Below, one piece after another: positions 1 to 8,610 of a stretch of DNA of 64,000 bases (position 1 is its first letter; every line of letters begins with the position of its first letter). Under the pieces are notes generated by a model. The model saw only the letters and a program-made list of their open reading frames with translations, searched no databases and had not been told where the DNA came from. The translations under genes were made by a program, and so were the position numbers. The DNA is taken from the NCBI GenBank assembly GCA_016184225.1, contig JACPDA010000004.1, forward strand, positions 602,763-666,762. Direction: 5' to 3'. The stretch comes from Candidatus Daviesbacteria bacterium. Its GTDB lineage: Bacteria > Patescibacteriota > Microgenomatia > Daviesbacterales > UBA10151.

Positions 1-33
1 GTGAAAGTATCCGAGCCTAAAAACGGAGAAAAA

Positions 34-972
34 ATGCAAACTCTCCGCCATGGCAAAATTACCTGGGTAGATGTTAGAGACCCCAGCCGGCGGGAAATTA
101 GCCGGTTAGCTGAGCAGTTTCCCTTCCATCCTCTGCACCTTGAAGACTGTGTTTCCAAAGGCCAGTTTCCCAAAATCGAGCAAAACGATGAGGATAAATA
201 CCTATTTTTCTTATTCCGCCTGCCGCGTTTCCACCCGCGGGAAGGCACAATCACTATCAGTCAAATTTGTTTCTTTTTAGGGCAAAATTACCTTGTTACC
301 ATCCACGAAGATACCAGCGATACAATTGCCGGTATATTTACGGATTGCAGAGAAAATGTAGAACAGTGCAAGGCGTACATCAATAGATCTTCATCCCACC
401 TTTTATATACAATAATTGAAAAACTGACAGACGACCTTTCTCCGATTTTGCAAAATATCTTACAGGAAGTGGACGAAACAGAGGATATTGTCTTTGACGA
501 TAAAGTTTCCGGGGTTTTTAAAGTAGGCCAGCTCAGGCGGAAAATTGTCAGTTTAAGGAGAATAATAGGGCCTTTAAGAATACTTCTTGAGGATATAGAA
601 GACAGGATTAATAAATTCAGCCGCAGTAATTTAACGGTTTATTTCGTGGATATCACCCACCGGATTGATAAGGCCTGGGAAACATTGGAGGAAGCCAGGG
701 AAACGGTTGACATTTATAAAGATGCCGACTTTATAGCCAGTACGGAAAAAACAAACCGGATTTTGGCTGTTCTGACTTTAATTTTTACCCTGTCAATCCC
801 CGCTACGGTTCTCGGGACATTTTATGGGATGAATGTCTTTCTCCCGGGTGGTTTAGAAGCAGGACCTTTGACTTTTTGGGGAAAATACACAACCCTAATT
901 TTGATTCTTATTGTTGCAGCCATACCTGCCCTTTTAATGGTATGGTTTTTTAGAAGAAAAGGTTGGTTTTGA
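34..972 (+). CDS. corA: CorA-family Mg2+/Co2+ transporter
   Basis: YGMNV (GMN) signature followed by two C-terminal hydrophobic helices. ATG at 34 has GGAG 6 nt upstream. Frame is open from position 1, so the start is uncertain. Confidence 0.7.
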   Translation: MQTLRHGKITWVDVRDPSRREISRLAEQFPFHPLHLEDCVSKGQFPKIEQNDEDKYLFFLFRLPRFHPREGTITISQICFFLGQNYLVTIHEDTSDTIAGIFTDCRENVEQCKAYINRSSSHLLYTIIEKLTDDLSPILQNILQEVDETEDIVFDDKVSGVFKVGQLRRKIVSLRRIIGPLRILLEDIEDRINKFSRSNLTVYFVDITHRIDKAWETLEEARETVDIYKDADFIASTEKTNRILAVLTLIFTLSIPATVLGTFYGMNVFLPGGLEAGPLTFWGKYTTLILILIVAAIPALLMVWFFRRKGWF

Positions 973-1083
973 GGGTAATTTGGGGGGTTGACCAATCTTT
1001 TTTTTGGTGAGACAATAATCTTGAAATCTCTAAAACCAAACAAAGAGCAGGTTAAGAGGTTTTTTTGATGGGAGACTTCTATC

Positions 1084-1467
1084 ATGGCTAGCAACATTAA
1101 AAGATATGGGCCGTTACTTTTTTTAATCATTCATCCCGCCCTTTTGGCCTCGGTTTTTGCCCTTTGGTTTTTAAGGTTTATTAGTGAGCAACTTGCGCTC
1201 CTTTTAATTGGAGCAGTTTCCTTAGAGGCAATTTATATTGCCTCTTTTATTTGGGTGAAATTAACCCGGGCAACCCGTGGTTTAAGAGAGATGGAAAAAG
1301 AGATAGCGGATATGAAGGAAGATGCGGTGGATCTGGCCCGGGTGCAGCGGGAGCTTATTTATGCCGGTCATCAAATTAAGACCCTCCAGATGGACCTGGA
1401 TAGCTTAAAAAGGGGCAATGGTATCAAGCTATCCGGGAACGGCCACCACAGACGCGTTCATATTTAG
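1084..1467 (+). CDS. hypothetical membrane protein with C-terminal coiled coil
   Basis: ORF with two hydrophobic N-terminal segments and a charged, heptad-like C-terminus. No recognised family. Confidence 0.3.
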   Translation: MASNIKRYGPLLFLIIHPALLASVFALWFLRFISEQLALLLIGAVSLEAIYIASFIWVKLTRATRGLREMEKEIADMKEDAVDLARVQRELIYAGHQIKTLQMDLDSLKRGNGIKLSGNGHHRRVHI

Positions 1468-1471
1468 GATT

Positions 1472-1816
1472 TTAGGTTTGAGGGGAAGGTTCCGGAGCCG
1501 GTCTTGTGGAATACCTACTGATGATAGATCGTGCTTCCTGTTCTGCTGGCGTTCCTATTAAACTCTGGTAAAGGCGTGCGACTATGGTTTGTTTTAGAAG
1601 TCTCTTATAATCTAAACTAGCTTCTTTAGTCATTGTAACTTTCTTAAATTCCTGGGTTTTCCAAAAACCTATGCGGACCATTTGTGTGGTTTCTTCTGTC
1701 CAGATTAATGGGGTGCTAATAGGTTTTTGAAGGGCGGCTTCAAGCTGGTTTAAGACGCGCTCCTGTTCTTTGGATTCTTTTCTGTTTAACATAGTGAGGT
1801 CGATTTTCTTGAACAA
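1472..1816 (-). CDS. hypothetical protein
   Basis: 114-aa ORF with no recognisable motif. Confidence 0.25.
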   Translation of the reverse strand: MFKKIDLTMLNRKESKEQERVLNQLEAALQKPISTPLIWTEETTQMVRIGFWKTQEFKKVTMTKEASLDYKRLLKQTIVARLYQSLIGTPAEQEARSIISRYSTRPAPEPSPQT

Positions 1817-1867
1817 ACATTATATCAGTGGATGCAAGAGGGAATTCTCTGAATTATTCCTGTCTGA

Positions 1868-1883
1868 CCCCGATTTAATCGGG
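1868..1883. repeat. CCCCGATTTAATCGGG palindrome, copy 1 (opposite orientation)
   Basis: Intergenic, flanked by CTGAC and ACTGAC. Confidence 0.65.
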
Positions 1884-2013
1884 ACTGACGGTCTAAACTC
1901 AGAATTTGCTTATCTATTTGGGCTAAAAAATGCATAGTAAAGTACAATAACTTCTTTGGACTAGTTTTAACTATGAGACATTGACAAATAGTCCAATTTC
2001 TGGTTTAATATAC

Positions 2014-2787
2014 TCACTTACCCCGTATGTTTACCATACGGGGCTTTTTTATGCTTATTATTCTTAATTGCCTCGGCAATTTTCTGTCTGATTTAAATCT
2101 ATTTGAGAAATTAAGTACAAATGCTTTATCTGCTTTATATGCCATTTCTAACGAAAATCTGTTAGGAAGAAAAATAGCATGAGTTGGGATTTTAAGCATT
2201 GTGACTATTTCCAGAGGATAAATAAGATCAGCATCACCGGTCATAATTACAATCTGATTACAGTTGCCAAGGAAAATATCTTTAACAATATCAACTGATA
2301 AGTGCACATCTACGCCTTTTTCTTTTCCAGAAGTAGGTGAGCGATGACCTCGGTAAAACTCAACCCCTTTAGTATTTCTCACTTCCCGATAAAACAATGC
2401 TTCTGCAGCAATTAGCTTTTTCCTGTCCTCAGTTAATTTTGTTCTGTTTTTCTGATTCATGTAGGAGGCGTAGAAAAAGATACTATCCACTGGAACTGAC
2501 TTTTTGATTTCTTGGATAAGGAAACTAAATGAAAGATGTTTATTCGGCCCAAATAACTCATTCTGTCCTGCAAATAAATTGGTGCCATCAATATAAAGAT
2601 TAGTTTTCTTCTTGGTATTCTTGGATTTTGAATCTTTTTTCTGAATCTGATCTAAGATCATTTTATCTGTGATGTTTAAACCGTGACTTTTGGCAATTGA
2701 TAAAATGGCACCATGCATCTCGTCCTCTGAAACAGGAGTGTAACCTAATTCACTTTTGGGGTCATCAAGGTAATAATAGCTAGACAT
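2014..2787 (-). CDS. NYN-domain (LabA-like) protein
   Basis: N-terminal YIDGTNLF and IVIMTGDADLIYPLE acidic motifs typical of NYN/LabA PIN-like domains. Confidence 0.5.
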   Translation of the reverse strand: MSSYYYLDDPKSELGYTPVSEDEMHGAILSIAKSHGLNITDKMILDQIQKKDSKSKNTKKKTNLYIDGTNLFAGQNELFGPNKHLSFSFLIQEIKKSVPVDSIFFYASYMNQKNRTKLTEDRKKLIAAEALFYREVRNTKGVEFYRGHRSPTSGKEKGVDVHLSVDIVKDIFLGNCNQIVIMTGDADLIYPLEIVTMLKIPTHAIFLPNRFSLEMAYKADKAFVLNFSNRFKSDRKLPRQLRIISIKKPRMVNIRGK

Positions 2788-2827
2788 GAATTTATTCTAG
2801 CACTTATCGGAAGAAAATATGTCTTCT

Positions 2828-3727
2828 TTATTTATATGATGAAAAAATCGATTTAAAGAATCTACTAAAAGGGTTATTGTCAATTTGTGTTTCTTCTTGT
2901 TTAATCCTTTCCTCCGGACTACCAGAATCTAACAGTCCTTTGTTTGGAACTTGTAATTCCACAGACTTTGATGCTGCTTCGGGATCAGTAATCCTGGTGG
3001 CACTAAGTGGAGAGGGACCGACACAAGAAATATCATCTCCTTTGCTAGTACTGCAAGCTTGAACACCAATATTGACATCATCAAAAGCGCTAATTTCTAC
3101 GGATGCTTCCTGATCTTGGGTTAATCTTAGTAATTGAGCATTTCCATTACTATTAAATTGAGAGATCTTGAATAATTTTGTACCAAAGGGTTTATTGGAT
3201 TTTATGTAAATAGTTCTTGTCAACCCACCTTCATATCGTTGATGTGTTATTTGCGGATATACATTGCCCATAGGAGGAAAGGGTATTCCAAGATCGACTA
3301 CTTTTCTAATTAAACTAATAACACTAAGGAGAAGGTTATTGTTATATGAGAGTAGAACTACTTGGGATTTATGTTCTTGTCCACCTGCTAATTGAATATC
3401 AAGTAAAACTTCTCTATTAACAGTGACGTAGGAAGTGACATTTATATACGCAATTCCATTATTATCTGTAATATTTTTTGCAGGCTCAATGGAATCTAAA
3501 GGCTGGGGATCTCCTTGAAAACTAGCATTTACAAAACATTGTTTACAAGGAACTCCTCTATCTGTATTCCCAACAATTTTTATCGTATATGTTTGTCCTG
3601 GATTCAAAGGTCCGTTTGGTTGTAATTCATACGATAATGGTTGCTGTTGTGCATATGTTTGTCCAGAACCTAGGAATAGTGCTATAAACAAAACTATCAA
3701 TACTTGATATAAATTAAGTTTTTTCAT
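2828..3727 (-). CDS. secreted hypothetical protein (signal peptide)
   Basis: N-terminal MKKLNLYQVLIVLFIALFLGSGQTYA signal-like segment. Rest of the protein is beta-rich in composition. Confidence 0.45.
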   Translation of the reverse strand: MKKLNLYQVLIVLFIALFLGSGQTYAQQQPLSYELQPNGPLNPGQTYTIKIVGNTDRGVPCKQCFVNASFQGDPQPLDSIEPAKNITDNNGIAYINVTSYVTVNREVLLDIQLAGGQEHKSQVVLLSYNNNLLLSVISLIRKVVDLGIPFPPMGNVYPQITHQRYEGGLTRTIYIKSNKPFGTKLFKISQFNSNGNAQLLRLTQDQEASVEISAFDDVNIGVQACSTSKGDDISCVGPSPLSATRITDPEAASKSVELQVPNKGLLDSGSPEERIKQEETQIDNNPFSRFFKSIFSSYK

Positions 3728-3772
3728 ACTAGTCTAACTATATACCTACCAATTTTAACAATTGTTAACTTG

Positions 3773-3845
3773 TGATCCGGCTGGGACTCGGACCCAGAAC
3801 CAATGCCTTAAGAGGGCACTGCTCTACCAGTTGAGCTACCGGACC
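3773..3845 (-). tRNA. tRNA-Lys (anticodon CTT)
   Basis: Cloverleaf folded by hand: acceptor GGTCCGG/CCGGATC, D-stem GCTC/GAGC, anticodon stem GTGCC/GGCAT with loop CTCTTAA, T-stem CTGGG/CCCAG with TCCGAGT loop. Confidence 0.85.
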
Positions 3846-3877
3846 GCTGCCTTATATTCTAACAAGTTTAGACACAG

Positions 3878-3906
3878 TTGTCATTTTGAGCTTAAAATGG
3901 TATGAT
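3878..3906 (+). promoter_or_regulatory. putative sigma70-like promoter of typA (TTGTCA-17-TATGAT)
   Basis: TTGTCA at 3878-3883, 17-nt spacer, TATGAT at 3901-3906. Sits about 55 nt upstream of the typA ATG. Confidence 0.35.
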
Positions 3907-3925
3907 ATGCGCATCTGCTTATGGT

Positions 3926-3947
3926 CCCGCCACAGGCGGGATTTTTT
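3926..3947 (+). promoter_or_regulatory. GC hairpin plus U-run in the typA leader (terminator or attenuator-like)
   Basis: CCCGCC-ACA-GGCGGG stem followed by ATTTTTT, about 20 nt downstream of the putative -10 and 15 nt upstream of the ATG. Confidence 0.4.
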
Positions 3948-3961
3948 AATGACAGAATATT

Positions 3962-5743
3962 ATGACAGACATTAGAAATGTAGCAATTATTGCCCACGTT
4001 GACCACGGCAAAACTACTTTGGTAGATGCCCTGCTCCGCCAATCCAAAACCAAGCTGGGAAAACAATTTACTGAAAGTTCTGAACTGATTATGGACTCCA
4101 ATGATTTGGAAAAAGAGCGGGGGATCACTATTTTCTCCAAAAATGCCTCAGTTAACTGGAACGGCACCAAGATTAATATTATTGATACCCCGGGCCATGC
4201 TGATTTTGGCGGGGAAGTGGAACGGGTCTTAAAAATGGCTGACGGCTGTTTGTTACTGATAGATGCCAAGGAAGGCCCGATGCCGCAAACCAGGTTTGTG
4301 TTGAAAAAAGCCCTGGAAATGGGGCACAAAGTGATTGTGGTAATAAACAAAATTGATAAACCTGATGCGAGAATAACGTATGTTATTAATAAAACTTTTG
4401 ATTTATTCATGGAGCTTGGTGCAGATGAAGAAGCTGCTTATTTCCCGACTATATATTCCTCCGGTAAGAATGGTAAAGCAGGGCTGGGTTCTGATCTTTC
4501 CAGGATGGATGATATAGCCCCTGTTTTTGATGCAATTATGGAACACATTCCCGCACCGGAAGCTTTTACAGACCAACCCTTGCAGGTTTTAATCACCAAT
4601 ACAATTTATGACAATTTTAAGGGCAGGATTGCCACCGGCCGGGTGCACAGCGGCACTATAAAAGCCGGGCAGGAAATTGCCCACATCAGCCGGGACGGAG
4701 TAGTCAAAAAGTTCAGGTTGACATCTCTCCTGGGTTTTGAAGGTTTGGAGCGGGTTGATATAAAAGAAGCCCATGCCGGAGACATTATTGCTCTTTCCGG
4801 GATCCCGGATATTACCATCGGTGAAACTATTGCCGATCCGGTTAACCCGATTGCCCTACCAGTTTTGGACATAGAAGAATCCACTGTCAGGATGCGCTTC
4901 GGGGTTAATACTTCCCCTTTTGCCGGATTGGAGGGTGAGTTTAAAACAGCCAGGCAGATCAGGGAAAGGCTCTATAAAGCAGCTGAGGCAGATGTGGCTT
5001 TAAAAGTAGAGGATGGTGCTTCCGGTGATTTGATAGTCAGCGGTAGGGGAGAGTTGCACCTGGCTATTTTAATCGAGAGGCTGCGCCGGGAAGGCTATGA
5101 ATTTGAAGTTGGGAAACCCCAGGTAATTGAGAAAACAGAAAACGGTAAGTTGATGACACCATATGAGAAAGTAGCTATTGAAGTTCCGGAAGAGTTATCC
5201 GGATCAGTAATGCAAAAAATGGGACTTAGACACGGTGAGCTTCTGGATATGCACACTGAAAATGGCATAGTGTTGTTGGAATTTTTAGTGGCCACTAAAG
5301 AGTTTTTTGGCTACAGGAGCCAGTTTGTCACTGATACTAAAGGTTTGGGTATTATCAGTAGTTCCTTTTTTGAATACAGACAAGACTCTGGCCAACGATT
5401 TGAAAGGGCCCAGGGATCCTTGGTGGTGCATGAGTCAGGTAATACAAAGTTATACGCGTTAATTGGCGCTCAAGACAGGGGAACTTTATTTGTCGGTCCG
5501 GGCCTAAATGTTTATAAGGGTCAGGTAATTGGCATGAGTTCCCGGGGAGATGATATCAGTATTAATGTTTGCAAGGAAAAACAACAAACTAATCATCGCT
5601 CAAGCGGAGAAGGTACCTCAGAACACTTTAATGCTCCCAAGATCATGAGCCTGGAAAATGCCATTGAATACATTGATGATACGGAGTTAGTTGAAGTCAC
5701 CCCCAAAAACATCAGGATCAGAAAGATTGATTTAAACCGCTAA
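3962..5743 (+). CDS. typA: ribosome-associated translational GTPase TypA/BipA
   Basis: G1 motif AHVDHGKTT, DTPGHADF, NKIDK, and the characteristic BipA C-terminal domain. 593 aa. Confidence 0.9.
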   Translation: MTDIRNVAIIAHVDHGKTTLVDALLRQSKTKLGKQFTESSELIMDSNDLEKERGITIFSKNASVNWNGTKINIIDTPGHADFGGEVERVLKMADGCLLLIDAKEGPMPQTRFVLKKALEMGHKVIVVINKIDKPDARITYVINKTFDLFMELGADEEAAYFPTIYSSGKNGKAGLGSDLSRMDDIAPVFDAIMEHIPAPEAFTDQPLQVLITNTIYDNFKGRIATGRVHSGTIKAGQEIAHISRDGVVKKFRLTSLLGFEGLERVDIKEAHAGDIIALSGIPDITIGETIADPVNPIALPVLDIEESTVRMRFGVNTSPFAGLEGEFKTARQIRERLYKAAEADVALKVEDGASGDLIVSGRGELHLAILIERLRREGYEFEVGKPQVIEKTENGKLMTPYEKVAIEVPEELSGSVMQKMGLRHGELLDMHTENGIVLLEFLVATKEFFGYRSQFVTDTKGLGIISSSFFEYRQDSGQRFERAQGSLVVHESGNTKLYALIGAQDRGTLFVGPGLNVYKGQVIGMSSRGDDISINVCKEKQQTNHRSSGEGTSEHFNAPKIMSLENAIEYIDDTELVEVTPKNIRIRKIDLNR

Positions 5744-5748
5744 AGAAT

Positions 5749-5973
5749 TCAGTCTTTTTCTACCTCTTCTGCTACTCCTATTTCTCCCGGATGTTCTTCA
5801 TCCTGGTCTTCATATAACCCGGCCTTGTGTGCCGCATCCAGGGTATTATCATCCGATTCCGGGTCTGGCGTAGAACCGCTTATGCTTTGTTCACCGGTTT
5901 TAATATCCTCATCCAGGGCTTCACTGTGCTTCTGGTCATCAGGTATAATTTTGTGTATTTTATTCTTTGTCAT
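5749..5973 (-). CDS. small acidic hypothetical protein
   Basis: 74-aa D/E-rich ORF. No family recognised. Confidence 0.3.
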   Translation of the reverse strand: MTKNKIHKIIPDDQKHSEALDEDIKTGEQSISGSTPDPESDDNTLDAAHKAGLYEDQDEEHPGEIGVAEEVEKD

Positions 5974-6097
5974 AGTTACCGCTACTGGGGTTTGCAGACA
6001 GATTATACCGGTTATACAGGGAAGAAGAAAGAGCCGTAATAAATATCACTGAAAATAAATGACTCTTAGTGTAAAAATAGATCATTAGGGAAAGGGG

Positions 6098-6322
6098 GTG
6101 AGAATTTTGCAAAATATAAAAGGAGCTATTGATCATCTTAAAACACACCAGACATACCCTGCTACCAAGGAAGACCTGGTGAAAGAGTGCAATGAACTAG
6201 CGGATTTCTCGGAAGATGATAAATCATGGTTTATGAAGACTCTTCCGGAGGGAACATATAATTCAGCAGATGATGTGATGGGAGCACTTGGGCTACATCA
6301 AGCTCAAGGTATGGCTATGTAG
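6098..6322 (+). CDS. DUF2795-family small protein
   Basis: YPATKEDLV and LPEGTYNSADDV motifs typical of DUF2795. AAGGGGG Shine-Dalgarno overlaps the GTG start; an alternative TTG lies at 6107. Confidence 0.55.
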   Translation: MRILQNIKGAIDHLKTHQTYPATKEDLVKECNELADFSEDDKSWFMKTLPEGTYNSADDVMGALGLHQAQGMAM

Positions 6323-6342
6323 AGAAGAAGCAAGGGTTCAGG

Positions 6343-6415
6343 CGCCCCTGGAAGGAATTGCACCCTCGACCCTTTCGTCCGAAGCGAAATGCTCTATCTA
6401 CTGAGCTACAGGGGC
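6343..6415 (-). tRNA. tRNA-Arg (anticodon TCG)
   Basis: Acceptor GCCCCTG/CAGGGGC, D-stem GCTC/GAGC, anticodon stem TTTCG/CGAAA with loop CTTCGGA. Confidence 0.85.
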
Positions 6416-7251
6416 ATGAGAGTATATTCTATCACTTTAAGGAGTTGCAGTGCCCCATATAAACCGCTGTCTTGATAAAGTGTAGCTTTGACTATTTCCG
6501 GAGCCTGCGGGAAAATTGTCAAGTATTCTTTAAGATAGAGTTGGACTTTTTCCAAAGGGAGAGATGCGGAAACACTGCCACCTAAGATTACGATGTCCGG
6601 GGACCAGTGAACAATTGTATTATTTAACCCTATTGCCAGATATTTTGAGATTTTATCCCAGATTGCCGGATCAGTTATATCTTCACCTTTTTGGTGATAC
6701 AGCATTGGAAAATATGTACCACTTACATATGCTTCCAGATGCCCCTTGCCGCCGCAATTACAAAGATTACCGTCAGCCACAATTATTTGATGCCCGGGTT
6801 CAAACCCTAGGCTGTTTTTGTCTATTTTTTGATCGACAATTCTGACTCCGCCTACACCAGTACCTATCCCAAGATAGGCTACAATGCTTTTTCCCCTCCC
6901 TGCCCCTTTGGTGGCTTCACCTAGTCCTACTAAGGCAGTGTCATTTTCTAGATGTACCACTACATTATAAGCTTTCTTAAGTTCTGTTTTTAGAGGTTTT
7001 TCAATCCAGTTAGGGAGTTGGGCGCTTGCTACCTGCATGGATTTCTCTTTATCCAAAGGTCCGGGTACACCACCTGCTACACCGGTGATTTTTTCTCCGC
7101 CCGACAACTCATCAGCAGTTTGTTTTAATACCAGGATGCCTTGGTTAAAATCTTGTGGAGTAGGAACGATTTTAGACTTTGTGATAGTTTCTCCGTCGTC
7201 TGAAACCCCTATCCGCATATTTGTCCCGCCGATATCAAACAAAAGAAGCAT
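6406..7251 (-). CDS. ROK-family glucokinase
   Basis: N-terminal LLFDIGGTNMRIG ATPase motif and the CNCGGKGHLE zinc motif of ROK sugar kinases. The stop codon lies inside the 5' end of tRNA-Arg. Confidence 0.75.
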   Translation of the reverse strand: MLLLFDIGGTNMRIGVSDDGETITKSKIVPTPQDFNQGILVLKQTADELSGGEKITGVAGGVPGPLDKEKSMQVASAQLPNWIEKPLKTELKKAYNVVVHLENDTALVGLGEATKGAGRGKSIVAYLGIGTGVGGVRIVDQKIDKNSLGFEPGHQIIVADGNLCNCGGKGHLEAYVSGTYFPMLYHQKGEDITDPAIWDKISKYLAIGLNNTIVHWSPDIVILGGSVSASLPLEKVQLYLKEYLTIFPQAPEIVKATLYQDSGLYGALQLLKVIEYTLMPL

Positions 7252-7360
7252 AATACCAGTTTACACACACTTTAGTTTTTTGTATAGTGCAGGCTTTCAC
7301 TATTTGACCCCAGGGTAGTAAAAGATGTATTATAAGCAACAATAGCTGCCTCAAGAATCA

Positions 7361-8605
7361 ATGAACAACCCCTTTAAAGTAGCACTTACCAACCTTGAGA
7401 TGGCCGGAAAAGCAGGCGGCATCAAGCAGGAAATAATCAACCTTTTATCTGTCCCCCAACGACAAATAGAAACCAATATTCCCTTAAAGCTTGATTCCGG
7501 AGAAATTAAACTGGTCAGGGGGTATCGGGTCCAATACAATAACTGGCGCGGTCCTTACAAAGGCGGATTAAGATACCACCCCGAGGTAGATTTAGATGAG
7601 GTGAAAGCTTTGGCATTTTGGATGACGATCAAGAATGCGGTGATCAATGTTCCTTTCGGAGGCGCTAAGGGGGGAATTGAAATTGATCCCAAGAAGCTGT
7701 CCCAAAAAGAGCTGGAACGGTTAACCCGAACTTTTGCCAGGAAACTGGCCCCTAATGTCGGCCCCAATGTAGATGTACCTGCCCCTGACGTAAATACCAA
7801 TTCCCAAACTATGGACTGGTTTGCCTCCGAATTCTCAAAAGTGATCGGGAAAAGCACGCCGGCTGTGGTAACGGGAAAATCAATTCCAAACGGAGGCTCG
7901 GAAGGCCGGATCGAGGCAACCGGTTTAGGCGGATTTTTTGTTCTGGAAGAGCTGGTTAAAAAACTGAAGCTAAAAACCCCCCTGAGGGTAGCTGTGCAGG
8001 GTTTTGGAAATGTCGGCTACCATATTGCCAAACTGCTTCAAGAAGCGGGATACAGGGTGGTTGCCTTATCTGATTCAAAAGGCGGCATCTATAATAAAGA
8101 CGGGCAGGGGTTTGACGTCGAGGATGTTAAAAATTATAAAGAAAAGAACGGCTCAATTTCGGAATACAGGCCTTCAAAAAATACAGTCAAAATAGCCAAT
8201 AAAGGAATGCCGCTGCTGCAGGTTGATATTTTTATCCCGGCAGCGCTGGAAAATGTCTTAACAGAAGAAAATGCGCCGCACATTAGTGCAAAGGTTATCC
8301 TGGAGATGGCTAATGGCCCGACAACTGATAAGGCCGACCAAATTCTGGATAAAAGAAAAATTTTGGTAGTACCGGATGTTTTAGCCAATGCCGGAGGAGT
8401 GACTGTCTCTTATTATGAATGGTATCAGAATATGAAAAACCAAATGTGGTCCAAAAAACAAGTTAATGCAAAACTTAAAAAAGCTATGGTCAACTCATTT
8501 GAGGAAATTTGGGAAATCTGCCGGACAAAAAAAATTTCCCTCCGGCTCGCTGCTTACATTTTGGCTTTACAAAGACTGTCCAAGGAAGCAACCCTTCTGT
8601 CCTAA
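7361..8605 (+). CDS. gdhA: Glu/Leu/Phe/Val dehydrogenase (glutamate dehydrogenase)
   Basis: GGAKGG catalytic-region motif and a C-terminal NAD(P)-binding GFGNVG. Confidence 0.85.
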   Translation: MNNPFKVALTNLEMAGKAGGIKQEIINLLSVPQRQIETNIPLKLDSGEIKLVRGYRVQYNNWRGPYKGGLRYHPEVDLDEVKALAFWMTIKNAVINVPFGGAKGGIEIDPKKLSQKELERLTRTFARKLAPNVGPNVDVPAPDVNTNSQTMDWFASEFSKVIGKSTPAVVTGKSIPNGGSEGRIEATGLGGFFVLEELVKKLKLKTPLRVAVQGFGNVGYHIAKLLQEAGYRVVALSDSKGGIYNKDGQGFDVEDVKNYKEKNGSISEYRPSKNTVKIANKGMPLLQVDIFIPAALENVLTEENAPHISAKVILEMANGPTTDKADQILDKRKILVVPDVLANAGGVTVSYYEWYQNMKNQMWSKKQVNAKLKKAMVNSFEEIWEICRTKKISLRLAAYILALQRLSKEATLLS

Positions 8606-8610
8606 ATTCC

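Noticed and set aside
3881-4410. Minus-strand ORFs 3881..4066 and 3946..4410
   Set aside because: They sit antisense inside and upstream of the well-supported typA gene, with low-complexity sequence. Judged spurious.
4589-5295. Minus-strand ORFs 4589..4774, 4606..4884, 5095..5295
   Set aside because: Antisense within typA. No start context or motifs.
8509-8610. Longer transketolase start at 8509
   Set aside because: It would overlap the gdhA 3' end by about 100 nt. The ATG at 8611 directly after the gdh stop gives a canonical N-terminus.
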